Assembly: GCA_041158485.1 (NCBI GenBank)
Contig: JBEBBH010000041.1
Span: forward strand, 1 to 32,248
Length of the DNA: 32,248 nucleotides
Source of the DNA: Bacteroidota bacterium
GTDB taxonomy: Bacteria; Bacteroidota; Bacteroidia; Flavobacteriales; Flavobacteriaceae
Reading direction: 5' to 3'
Shown here: positions 16,949-25,633 of the stretch, one piece after another
How positions within the stretch are numbered: position 1 is the stretch's first letter
Layout of the letters: each line of letters opens with the position of its first letter
Made by a program: the position numbers and the translations under genes
The notes under the pieces: generated by a model
What the model was told of the DNA's origin: nothing
What the model saw: the letters and a program-made list of their open reading frames with translations, nothing else
The model's database searches: none

Positions 16949-18187
16949 ATGGAATACTGGAAAAAGCTAACTAACGAGCAAAGAAAGGACCGCATTGCAA
17001 AGGCTTTACAAGACAATGTCAACTTTTCAAAAGATACGTCTTTGGGATATCCGGCGTCTAAATTAGACAGCAAAGTGTTTAACGACGATGCTCCTTTTTT
17101 GAAAGACGCGCCCATTTTGCAAACCTATGTGGCCAATCCGAATAACATTGGTTGTCACACTTTTGGGACTTCTGAAAAAGCTTTTAACGGAACTCACGAG
17201 ATTGAGCGCGAAGTATTACGCGTTATAGCAGTAGATATTTTTAAAGCCGAACCGGATGCGTTCGACGGTTATATTTCGCCAGGCGGCACCGAAGCCAATA
17301 TCCAAGCGATTTGGATGTTCCGCAATTATTACATGAATAATTATGATGCCAAAGCCTATGAAATAGCGATAGTAGCTTCAGAAGATACACATTATTCGAT
17401 TCCGAAAGCGTCTAATTTACTACAGTTGGACTGGCTCAAAATTCCGGTTGATTTTAATACGCGTGCCATTGATAAAGTTCAATTGGAACAAATAATTCTG
17501 AATGCGCAGAACAACGGCAAGAAATATTTCATTGCGGTTTCCAATATGGGAACAACTATGTTTGGCTCGGTGGACAATCCGGAAGATTATATCGCTGTTT
17601 TTGAAAAACACAATTTGCATTATAAACTCCACATAGACGGTGCGTACGGCGGATTTGTTTATCCGTTTAGCAACCAACAATCGGTTGTCAATTTCAGCAA
17701 TCCGAAAATCAGTTCCATTACGATTGACGCCCATAAAATGTTGCAAGCGCCTTACGGAACCGGAGTTTTTATTTGCCGAAAAAACTACATCGAAAACGTA
17801 CTGACCAAAGAAGCTGAGTATGTGGAAGGCATGGACTTAACCCTTTGCGGCAGTCGAAGCGGCGCTAATGCAGTTGCGGTTTGGATGATTTTATTTACTT
17901 ACGGGCCTAACGGTTGGTTTGAAAAAGTGAGTGTGTTGCAAATGCGAACCCGTTTTTTGTGCAACCAATTAGATGCCATGCAAATCCAATACTTCCGTGA
18001 ACCGTTTATGAATATCGTAACAATTAAAGCCGAGTATATTCCGTTAGCCATAGCTGAGAAATATGGTTTAGTGCCACAGCAACACGATGAAAGTAACCGA
18101 TGGTACAAAATTGTGTTGATGGATCACGTAGAAGTAGAACATTTGACTACTTTTATAGAAGATTTGACGGCCGTTAATTATGTATAA
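16949..18187 (+). CDS. Group II PLP-dependent amino acid decarboxylase (MfnA/HDC-like)
   Basis: SPGGTEANI, THYSIPKA, MGTTMFGSVD, LHIDGAYGG, SITIDAHKM (PLP lysine), GSRSG. Start set at MEYWKK. Confidence 0.88.
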   Translation: MEYWKKLTNEQRKDRIAKALQDNVNFSKDTSLGYPASKLDSKVFNDDAPFLKDAPILQTYVANPNNIGCHTFGTSEKAFNGTHEIEREVLRVIAVDIFKAEPDAFDGYISPGGTEANIQAIWMFRNYYMNNYDAKAYEIAIVASEDTHYSIPKASNLLQLDWLKIPVDFNTRAIDKVQLEQIILNAQNNGKKYFIAVSNMGTTMFGSVDNPEDYIAVFEKHNLHYKLHIDGAYGGFVYPFSNQQSVVNFSNPKISSITIDAHKMLQAPYGTGVFICRKNYIENVLTKEAEYVEGMDLTLCGSRSGANAVAVWMILFTYGPNGWFEKVSVLQMRTRFLCNQLDAMQIQYFREPFMNIVTIKAEYIPLAIAEKYGLVPQQHDESNRWYKIVLMDHVEVEHLTTFIEDLTAVNYV

Positions 18188-18758
18188 AAAGGACTTACGT
18201 AAAAAGTACAAAGCACTAAGACAAACACTTTCCGAAGCGCAAATTGAAGATCAAAGTTTAGCAATTGCCAATCGGTTATTGCAATTAGACATTTGGGACA
18301 ACACCTATTTTCATTTGTTCCTGACAATTGAAGAACAAAAAGAAGTAGACACCGAATTTGTCTTGCAAATTTTAGCCGGAAAAGACAAAGAGATTGTAGT
18401 AGCTAAGAGCGATTTTGACACTTTGGCAATGACCCATTTTTTGTTGACGGACAATACCAAATTTAAGAAAAACGACTATAATATTTACGAACCTATTGAT
18501 GGAATAGAAGTCCCGCCAACTAAGTTAGATGTGGTGTTTGTGCCTTTATTAGCGTATGATGTAAACGGAAATCGAGTAGGTTACGGCAAGGGTTTTTACG
18601 ATAAATTTTTGTCGCAATGCAAGGAAGAGGTCATCAAAGTCGGCTTCTCGTTTTTTGAGCCTGAAGAAAGTATAACCGATGTATCGCCTAACGATATTCG
18701 ATTAGATTATTGCGTAACACCCGAAACTATTCATAAGTTCCTAACGACGTCTTTTTAG
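18180..18758 (+). CDS. 5-formyltetrahydrofolate cyclo-ligase
   Basis: KKDLRKKYKALR, IYEP, DVVFVPLLAYD..GNRVGYGKGFYDKFL, DIRLDYCVT; overlaps the upstream gene by 8 nt. Confidence 0.93.
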   Translation: MYKKDLRKKYKALRQTLSEAQIEDQSLAIANRLLQLDIWDNTYFHLFLTIEEQKEVDTEFVLQILAGKDKEIVVAKSDFDTLAMTHFLLTDNTKFKKNDYNIYEPIDGIEVPPTKLDVVFVPLLAYDVNGNRVGYGKGFYDKFLSQCKEEVIKVGFSFFEPEESITDVSPNDIRLDYCVTPETIHKFLTTSF

Positions 18759-19353
18759 CAAAGGCTTTTTTGTTAAAGACAATCAATATCCCGACACCGG
18801 TAGAAATAGCCATATCAGCGATATTGAAAATGGCGTTGAAGAATTTAAATGGTTCTCCGCCCCAAATGGGTAACCATTCCGGGAAAGTGCCTTCGTAAAT
18901 CGGAAAATACAACATATCGACTACTTTACCGTGAAACCAAGTTCCGTAAGGTTGATCGGGTGAAAAAGCAGCAACATGGTATCGAGTACTTTCGTCAAAA
19001 ATAACCCCGTAAAATACCGAATCGATGATATTCCCTGCGGCTCCGGCAAAGATAAGTGCGATGGCTACCATCAAGTATCTTGAGCTGTGCTTTGTACTGG
19101 CGTCATACAACCAATATCCTATTCCAAAAATGGCTAAAATTCGGAAACTGGTTAGGATTAATTTTCCGTATTCGCCCGGAATTTTAGTTCCCCAAGCCAT
19201 TCCCTCGTTTTCGATGAGCAATATTTTAAACCAACCGGTAACGTCAATTTGGCTGGCATCTCCGTAAAAGAAGTTGGTTTTGATGTAAATCTTAACAAAT
19301 TGATCAACCAATAAAACGATGGCAATGATTAGAATAGAGTTTCTTAATGACAT
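18727..19353 (-). CDS. lspA: Lipoprotein signal peptidase II
   Basis: VDQFVK, ENEGMAWG, GAAGNIIDS, GKVVDM, IFNIADMAI. Confidence 0.95.
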   Translation of the reverse strand: MSLRNSILIIAIVLLVDQFVKIYIKTNFFYGDASQIDVTGWFKILLIENEGMAWGTKIPGEYGKLILTSFRILAIFGIGYWLYDASTKHSSRYLMVAIALIFAGAAGNIIDSVFYGVIFDESTRYHVAAFSPDQPYGTWFHGKVVDMLYFPIYEGTFPEWLPIWGGEPFKFFNAIFNIADMAISTGVGILIVFNKKAFAKKTSLGTYE

Positions 19354-19372
19354 TCTTAGGGTTTTAATGGCG

Positions 19373-19380
19373 CAAAAATA
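19373..19380 (-). promoter_or_regulatory. Sigma-A -7 box (TATTTTTG) of lspA
   Basis: Exact match 19 nt upstream of the ATG. Confidence 0.6.
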
Positions 19381-19537
19381 GCAATATTATTACACAAAAA
19401 GCAGAATATTTTATTTGTTAGTGAACTCATTCAACACATTTTAGCATAGTCATGAGAAGATTGTTTATTTTTACCCTAAAAAGCAACCTAAACACTATTT
19501 TTTCATCCCAAAAATGAAAACCAATACAATAAACCTT

Positions 19538-20785
19538 ATGAGAAAGTTTTACGCCGCCTTGTTTTTTACATTGGCACTATTCACAACGTCTTGTGATCAA
19601 GATGATGACAATGCCGGCTTGGCCAAATTTGCGGTACCAACTGTAAAATCTTTAGCCGAAATTAGAAGTAGCGTTTCGGTAACATCAGCCCAACCAACGC
19701 AATCCAACGGTAAAATTTATGTCGCCGAAAACTATTTGTTTTACATTGCAAAGGAATCCGGCGTGCATGTTTTTGACAATACCAATCCGAGTTCGCCGCA
19801 AAACATCGCCTTCATCAATTTGGCCGGCGTTCACGATATAGCGGTCAAAGGGAATCATTTATTCGCCGACAATTTTGTGGATTTGTTGGTGTTTGACATT
19901 AGCAATATCCAAAATATTTCTTTGGTAAGAACAGTGCCGAATTCGATTGCTTTTTTCCCGCAATATCCCGAAGAGGCGGAGTATTATGATTATACGGCAG
20001 AACCTGGTCAGGATGAAATTATCACCGGATTTACTATTGAAATGAAAGCTGTGCCGCAAGGACAACAGTTGCAATTAGCCAACGATGCCTTAGCCGGTTT
20101 TGAAAGTGCCAACAGTGGTAACATCGGAACGGGCGGTTCTTATGCGCGTTTTCAAATTAATAACAACGCTTTGTATACCATTGATTCCTATAAATTGAAT
20201 GTATTTAATATTGCCGATCCGGCCGCTGCTTTTTTCGACAAAGAAATTTACATGACCCAATGGTTTGGCGGCGGTGAATTCGAAACGCTGTTCATTCAGA
20301 AAGACATATTGTTTGTAGGTTCTACTACCGGCATGTATACGGTAGATGCCGAAGACGAGTTCAATCCGTATTTTGTTTCCGGGTTTTCTCATGCTACAGC
20401 TTGCGATCCGGTAGTGGTTTTTGGTAATACCGCTTATATTACGGTACGCGGCGGGTCAAGTTGCGGTGCGATTGAAGACCAAATTAATGTAATCGATGTA
20501 ACCGATATTGCCAATCCGACTTTATTATCGACTTATTTATTGAATGAGCCTTACGGATTAGGTATTAAAAACGGCGTATTGTATGTAGGTTGCGGTGCCA
20601 ATGGCTTGAAGATTTTTAACGCAGCGAACAGTGCCGGGTTGGTTTTGGAAAACAGTTATGATAACAATGTAAAAGATGTGATTCCGCTCGACAGCCATTT
20701 GATTACAGTAGGTGATAATACCATTAAGCAATACAGTTACGGTCCGAATTTTTCATTGGTCCAGTTAAGTCAGATTACCTTATAA
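19538..20785 (+). CDS. LVIVD-repeat-type beta-propeller lipoprotein
   Basis: Lipobox FTTSC followed by acidic DQDDD; repeated units GVHVFDNTNPSSP, LLVFDISNI, LNVFNIADP, INVIDVTDIANP. Alternative start at 19514. Confidence 0.75.
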   Translation: MRKFYAALFFTLALFTTSCDQDDDNAGLAKFAVPTVKSLAEIRSSVSVTSAQPTQSNGKIYVAENYLFYIAKESGVHVFDNTNPSSPQNIAFINLAGVHDIAVKGNHLFADNFVDLLVFDISNIQNISLVRTVPNSIAFFPQYPEEAEYYDYTAEPGQDEIITGFTIEMKAVPQGQQLQLANDALAGFESANSGNIGTGGSYARFQINNNALYTIDSYKLNVFNIADPAAAFFDKEIYMTQWFGGGEFETLFIQKDILFVGSTTGMYTVDAEDEFNPYFVSGFSHATACDPVVVFGNTAYITVRGGSSCGAIEDQINVIDVTDIANPTLLSTYLLNEPYGLGIKNGVLYVGCGANGLKIFNAANSAGLVLENSYDNNVKDVIPLDSHLITVGDNTIKQYSYGPNFSLVQLSQITL

Positions 20786-20814
20786 AAAAAGCCCCGAATT
20801 TCGGGGCTTTTTTT
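20784..20814. terminator. Bidirectional intrinsic terminator
   Basis: A7-GCCCCGAA-T-TTCGGGGC-T7 between convergent genes. Confidence 0.9.
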
Positions 20815-20833
20815 ATAATACGATAGTATGATT

Positions 20834-21214
20834 TTATCGTTGTAAATTTTTAGCTTCTATACTCATGGTGGCATGAGGTACAATTTTCAAGCGCTCTTTG
20901 GAAATCAATTTTCCGGTTACTTTACAAACACCATAGGTTTTGTTTTCTACACGGAACAAAGCATTTTTCAAATCGCGGATGAATTTTTCCTGACGAATGG
21001 CCAATTGTGAGTTCGCTTCTTTCGACATGGTTTCGCTGCCTTCCTCAAACGCTTTGAACGTTGGCGATGTATCATCGGTACCGTTATTCAAATCGTTCAT
21101 ATAAGCACTTTTTATCAAGTCTAAATCGGCTTTTGCTTTTTCAATCTTTGCTAAAATAATTTCCTTGAACTCTGCCAAATCAGCATCTGAGTATCTTAAT
21201 TTTTCTTCTACCAT
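20834..21214 (-). CDS. TraR/DksA-family transcription factor
   Basis: RYSDADLAEFKEIIL, coiled coil, ALFRVENKTYGVCKVTGKLISKERLKIVPHA; 13 nt downstream of ileS. Confidence 0.88.
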   Translation of the reverse strand: MVEEKLRYSDADLAEFKEIILAKIEKAKADLDLIKSAYMNDLNNGTDDTSPTFKAFEEGSETMSKEANSQLAIRQEKFIRDLKNALFRVENKTYGVCKVTGKLISKERLKIVPHATMSIEAKNLQR

Positions 21215-21227
21215 AATCGTTACGTAA

Positions 21228-24200
21228 TTATTTAGAAATTAATATTCTTGTTTTTATCTCATCAAATTCTATTTCAGAACCTTCGGTAATCTCATTTTCT
21301 AAAACCAAACTCTCGGTTAATGTCTCCGATTTGATATAGTTTTCATTTTCTTTAATCGCTTGCGCTAAAACCGGATGGTGTTGCAATTGTACTTTAATCT
21401 TATCGGTCACTTCAAAGCCGCTGTCCTTTCTGATGTTTTGGATACGGTTTACCAATTCTCTTGCAATACCTTCATTTTTCAACGCTTCGGTTAGGGTAAT
21501 GTCTAAAGCAACAGTGATGCCGTTTGCATTGGCTACCAACCAACCCGGAATATCTTGAGAAGAAATCTCAACGTCTTCTAATGATAAAGTTATACTTTTT
21601 CCTGAAATTACAAGTGTTAACTCGCCTTTGGCATCTAATTCATTAATTTGCTCTTGGGTAAAACCTTGTATCTCTTTGGAAATCAATCCCATGTCTTTTC
21701 CGAAACGCGGTCCTAAAGCTTTGAAATTGGGTTTAATTTGCTTCACTAACACGCCTGAGGCATCGTCTAAAAGTTCGATTTCTTTGACGTTTACTTCGGC
21801 TTTTATCAGGTCGGAAACCGCTTCAATTTCAGCGCGCTGAGTCTCGTCAAGTATTGGAATCATTACCTTTTGCAACGGTTGACGCACTTTAATCATTTCC
21901 TTTTTACGGAGTGATAAAACCAAGGACGAAACTGTTTGGGCTTTCAGCATTTTACTCTCTAACGATTTATCAACAAAGTTTTCAACCATCACCGGGAATT
22001 TGGCCAAATGTACCGATTCAAATTCCTCTGTATGTGTTGCCTGCGTTAAGTCTCTGTAAAGTTGGTCCATGAAAAACGGCGCAATCGGAGCCGATAATTT
22101 AGCCACAGTTACCAAACAAGTATATAAGGTTTGATAGGCGGCAATTTTATCCGTACCGTATTCGCCTTTCCAGAATCTGCGGCGGCACAAACGCACGTAC
22201 CAGTTGCTCAAGTTTTCCTGAACAAAATCGGATATCGCACGGGCGGCTTTGGTAGGTTCGTAATCGGCGTACGCTTCGTCAACGGTTTTGATTAAGGTGT
22301 GTAATTCCGATAAAATCCAACGGTCAATTTCCGGTCTTTCGTTCAATGGCACTTCGGCTTCACTATAGGTAAATCCGTCGATATTGGCATACAAACTGAA
22401 GAACGAGTAAGTGTTGTAAAGTGTTCCGAAGAATTTACGACGCACTTCCGCCACGCCTTCGATGTCAAATTTTAAGTTGTCCCAAGGATTCGCATTGGCA
22501 ATCATGTACCAGCGGGTAGCATCGGGACCGTATTCTTTTAGAGTTTCAAACGGATCTACGGCATTGCCCAAACGTTTTGACATTTTTTGTCCGTTTTTGT
22601 CCAATACTAAGCCGTTTGATACTACATTTTTATAGGCAATTTTATCAAAAACCAAAGTTCCGATGGCGTGAAGCGTATAGAACCAACCGCGGGTTTGGTC
22701 GACACCTTCCGCAATAAAATCGGCCGGGAAGGCTTTGTTATCATCGATTAATTCGCGGTTTTCAAACGGATAATGCCATTGGGCATAAGGCATGGCGCCC
22801 GAGTCGAACCACACGTCAATCAAATCGGATTCGCGTTTCATCGGTTGGCCGGATGGCGATACCAAGATGATGTTATCGACCACATTTTTGTGCAAATCGA
22901 CTAAGTCGTAATTGGCTTCGCTCATGTCACCGATGGTGAATCCTTTGTACGGATTTTCGGTTTGGAAACCGGCCGCGATGGATTTTTCGATTTCAGTATA
23001 CAATTCTTCTACCGAACCGATCAGCATTTCTTCGGTGCCGTCTTCGCTTCTCCAAATTGGCAACGGAATGCCCCAATATCTGGAGCGCGATAAGTTCCAG
23101 TCGTTGGCATTTTTCAACCAGTTTCCGAAACGACCTTCACCGGTGGCTTTAGGCTTCCAGTTGATGGTATCGTTGAGGTCGAACATACGGTCTTTGATTT
23201 CGGTTACTTTGATGAACCAAGAATCCAACGGATAGTATAAAATTGGTTTGTCAGTTCTCCAACAATGCGGATAACTGTGCACGTATTTTTCGACCTTAAA
23301 GGCTTTGTTTTCTTCTTTTAAACGAATAGCGATTTCTACGTCTACTGATTTTTCAGGTGCTTCGCCTTCGTTGTAGTATTCGTTTTTGACATATTTTCCG
23401 GCAAAATCACCCATTTGGGTTACGAATTTCCCTTGTAAATCTACCAAAGGAACAGGGTTGCCGTTTTCGTCCAACACCAACATAGGCGGTACTTCAGGAG
23501 TCGCTTCTTTGGCCACTTTGGCATCATCGGCACCGAAAGTCGGCGCAGTGTGTACAATTCCGGTTCCGTCTTCGGTAGTGACGAAATCGCCTAAAATTAC
23601 ACGGAAAGCATTTTCCGGATTTTGATACGGCAAAGTGTACGGCAGTAATTGTTCGTAGCGAATGTCTACTAAATCAGCGCCTTTGGCTTCGGCTAAAATT
23701 TGGTACGGAATCTTTTTATCTTCTGATTTGTAATTCGCAAAATCAGCTTCAGATTCTGCCACGAAATATTTACCGCCGAATTGTTTTCCGACTAAGTTCT
23801 TGGCCAGAATCACATTGACCGGTTCAAAAGTATATTGGTTGAACGTTTTGACTAAAACGTAGTCGATTTTTGGTCCGACTGTCAAAGCGGTGTTACTTGG
23901 CAAAGTCCATGGCGTGGTCGTCCAAGCCAAGATATGAATATCACCGAAGCCTTGTAAAAAGTTCGGTAAGGTTTCTGGTTTGGTTTTGAATTGTGCTACT
24001 ATCGTCGTATCGGTTACATCGCGATAAGAACCCGGTTGATTGACTTCGTGCGAAGACAAACCGGTTCCCGCTTTTGGTGAATACGGCTGAATGGTGTAGC
24101 CTTTGTAGAGTAAGTCTTTGTTGTAAATTTGTTTGAGCAACCACCAAACCGTTTCCATGTATTTGGATTTGTAGGTCACATACGGATCTTCCATATCTAC

Positions 24201-24629
24201 CCAATAGCCCATTTTTTCGGTGAGGTCGTTCCACACATCGGTGTAACGCATAACGGTTCTTTTACACGCTTCGTTGTATTCGGTTACCGAGATGGTTTTG
24301 CCGATGTCTTCTTTGGTGATGCCTAATTCTTTTTCGGTACCTAATTCTACCGGTAAACCATGCGTATCCCAGCCGGCTTTACGTTTCACTTGGAAACCTT
24401 TCTGGGTTTTGTAACGACAAAAAATATCCTTGATGGCGCGCGCCATTACGTGGTGAATTCCCGGTAAGCCATTGGCCGACGGCGGACCTTCAAAAAACAC
24501 ATAAGGAGTAGCCCCTTCACGGGAAGTGACACTCTGTTCAAAGACGTTATTTTTTTTCCAAAATGCAAGAACTTCTGAGGCTACAGTTGGCAGGTCAAGT
24601 CCTTTGTATTCAGTAAACTTAGTACTCAT
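21228..24629 (-). CDS. ileS: Isoleucine--tRNA ligase, type 2
   Basis: EGPPSANGLPGIHH, GWDTHGLP, AWTTTPWTLPSN, GTGIVH, DWNLSRSRYWG, EGVDQTRGWF, KMSKR; C-terminal EGIARELVNRIQNIRK without a zinc finger. Confidence 0.97.
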   Translation of the reverse strand: MSTKFTEYKGLDLPTVASEVLAFWKKNNVFEQSVTSREGATPYVFFEGPPSANGLPGIHHVMARAIKDIFCRYKTQKGFQVKRKAGWDTHGLPVELGTEKELGITKEDIGKTISVTEYNEACKRTVMRYTDVWNDLTEKMGYWVDMEDPYVTYKSKYMETVWWLLKQIYNKDLLYKGYTIQPYSPKAGTGLSSHEVNQPGSYRDVTDTTIVAQFKTKPETLPNFLQGFGDIHILAWTTTPWTLPSNTALTVGPKIDYVLVKTFNQYTFEPVNVILAKNLVGKQFGGKYFVAESEADFANYKSEDKKIPYQILAEAKGADLVDIRYEQLLPYTLPYQNPENAFRVILGDFVTTEDGTGIVHTAPTFGADDAKVAKEATPEVPPMLVLDENGNPVPLVDLQGKFVTQMGDFAGKYVKNEYYNEGEAPEKSVDVEIAIRLKEENKAFKVEKYVHSYPHCWRTDKPILYYPLDSWFIKVTEIKDRMFDLNDTINWKPKATGEGRFGNWLKNANDWNLSRSRYWGIPLPIWRSEDGTEEMLIGSVEELYTEIEKSIAAGFQTENPYKGFTIGDMSEANYDLVDLHKNVVDNIILVSPSGQPMKRESDLIDVWFDSGAMPYAQWHYPFENRELIDDNKAFPADFIAEGVDQTRGWFYTLHAIGTLVFDKIAYKNVVSNGLVLDKNGQKMSKRLGNAVDPFETLKEYGPDATRWYMIANANPWDNLKFDIEGVAEVRRKFFGTLYNTYSFFSLYANIDGFTYSEAEVPLNERPEIDRWILSELHTLIKTVDEAYADYEPTKAARAISDFVQENLSNWYVRLCRRRFWKGEYGTDKIAAYQTLYTCLVTVAKLSAPIAPFFMDQLYRDLTQATHTEEFESVHLAKFPVMVENFVDKSLESKMLKAQTVSSLVLSLRKKEMIKVRQPLQKVMIPILDETQRAEIEAVSDLIKAEVNVKEIELLDDASGVLVKQIKPNFKALGPRFGKDMGLISKEIQGFTQEQINELDAKGELTLVISGKSITLSLEDVEISSQDIPGWLVANANGITVALDITLTEALKNEGIARELVNRIQNIRKDSGFEVTDKIKVQLQHHPVLAQAIKENENYIKSETLTESLVLENEITEGSEIEFDEIKTRILISK

Positions 24630-24654
24630 TTTTATCGTTTTCTTAAATCAGTTT

Positions 24655-24662
24655 GCGAAAGT
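24655..24662 (-). promoter_or_regulatory. Variant -7 box (TACTTTCG) of ileS
   Basis: One mismatch to TAnnTTTG, about 25 nt upstream of the ATG. Confidence 0.45.
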
Positions 24663-24704
24663 AATAAATAGTTGTGAGTTATGGGTTATGAGACGGGAGT
24701 TTTT

Positions 24705-24847
24705 GCGTTAGCGGTTGTAGCGAAAATCCTTTTTTTGCCCAAAACTCCTTGAATTGCCATAATATGATTAAAAAAGATTGCAGCGGAAGACGCGGCCCGG
24801 AGGGATACGAGGCTTTGCAAAAGCCGACTGCCCAAAGGGAAACGCCC
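24705..24847 (+). repeat. Structured intergenic element (Flavo-1-like / REP-like), long form
   Basis: GCGTT...AACGC outer stem, core GTAGCGAAAATCCT-N44-AGATTGCAGCGGA, extra hairpin GGCTTT-GCA-AAAGCC; GC-rich relative to other spacers. Confidence 0.55.
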
Positions 24848-24855
24848 ATAAAATT

Positions 24856-25569
24856 TTAAGCAAAAACCTCTTTTAAAACCTCCAGCGATTTGGGTTTTTT
24901 GAAGCCAACCAGGTGAAAAGTGTAGTAATCCAAGAGGATTTTGAGTAAGAGTTGGCGTTCGGTGCCGTTGAACACTTTTTGCGGACTGTCGAATTTTAAG
25001 TCGATTAATTTTTTGAACAAACGGGTTTCGTTTTCGGGCAGGCAGCCTATGCCTAAAGTGGGCGAAAAGTAGCCTTCTTTCACTTCAAAAAAGGGATAAT
25101 TTATTTCGGAAGTATCAGGATAAAAGCCCAGGAATTTTGTGGCTTCCAGTAACAATATTAGGTGGAAATTAGACGTTTCTTCATGTGTATCGAGCCAAAG
25201 TAAGGCCGTTTCCAAAAAGGTGAATAAGCGGTCGTTTTTTTCTTCTTCGTGTATGCTGTGGTGGAGCATTTCGGAGAGAAAAATAACGATGGTGCTTTTG
25301 ATGATGTCGGTGTTGATGGTTTGAAAAGCGTGCGCCAATTTGATTTCTTTGAAATGCTCTAAAGTGCCTTTGTTTTTGTGATTGGCTTCGATTTCGAGTA
25401 TGGTCAGCGGTTGGAAATAGGCAATTTTTTGATTTGATTTTTTGGCTGAAAAGGCATTCGGCACAAAATAGCTTTTTAAACCATCGCTTTGCGTTAGGCA
25501 TTTTACAATCAGACTTTTTTCCTGATATTTTAGCGAAGAAATGACAATGGCTTTGGTTTTGACGAGCAT
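24856..25569 (-). CDS. recO: DNA repair protein RecO
   Basis: N-terminal OB-fold pattern KTKAIVISSLKYQEKSLIV, FQPLTILE, FLGFYP, C-terminal KPKSLEVLKEVF. Confidence 0.9.
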   Translation of the reverse strand: MLVKTKAIVISSLKYQEKSLIVKCLTQSDGLKSYFVPNAFSAKKSNQKIAYFQPLTILEIEANHKNKGTLEHFKEIKLAHAFQTINTDIIKSTIVIFLSEMLHHSIHEEEKNDRLFTFLETALLWLDTHEETSNFHLILLLEATKFLGFYPDTSEINYPFFEVKEGYFSPTLGIGCLPENETRLFKKLIDLKFDSPQKVFNGTERQLLLKILLDYYTFHLVGFKKPKSLEVLKEVFA

Positions 25570-25570
25570 T

Positions 25571-25633
25571 TGAATTGTGAATTGTGAATTGTGAGTTGTG
25601 AATTATAAAGTTTTCATTCACCATTCACCATTA
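25571..25633. repeat. Heptamer tandem repeat with inverted partner
   Basis: Five copies of TGAATTG or variants (25571-25605), then CATTCAC-CATTCAC-CATTA (25615-25633); fills the porZ-recO spacer. Confidence 0.8.

Noticed and set aside
24630-24855. T-box or riboswitch leader for ileS
   Set aside because: No T-box consensus or minus-strand terminator/antiterminator seen, and a promoter-like box lies only about 25 nt from the ileS start.
25571-25605. CRISPR array
   Set aside because: Contiguous 7-nt units without spacers; no cas genes in the window.
25181-25624. 147-aa ORF starting MVNENFIIHNSQFTIHNS
   Set aside because: Its N-terminus is just the translated heptamer repeat and the rest is an alternative frame of recO.
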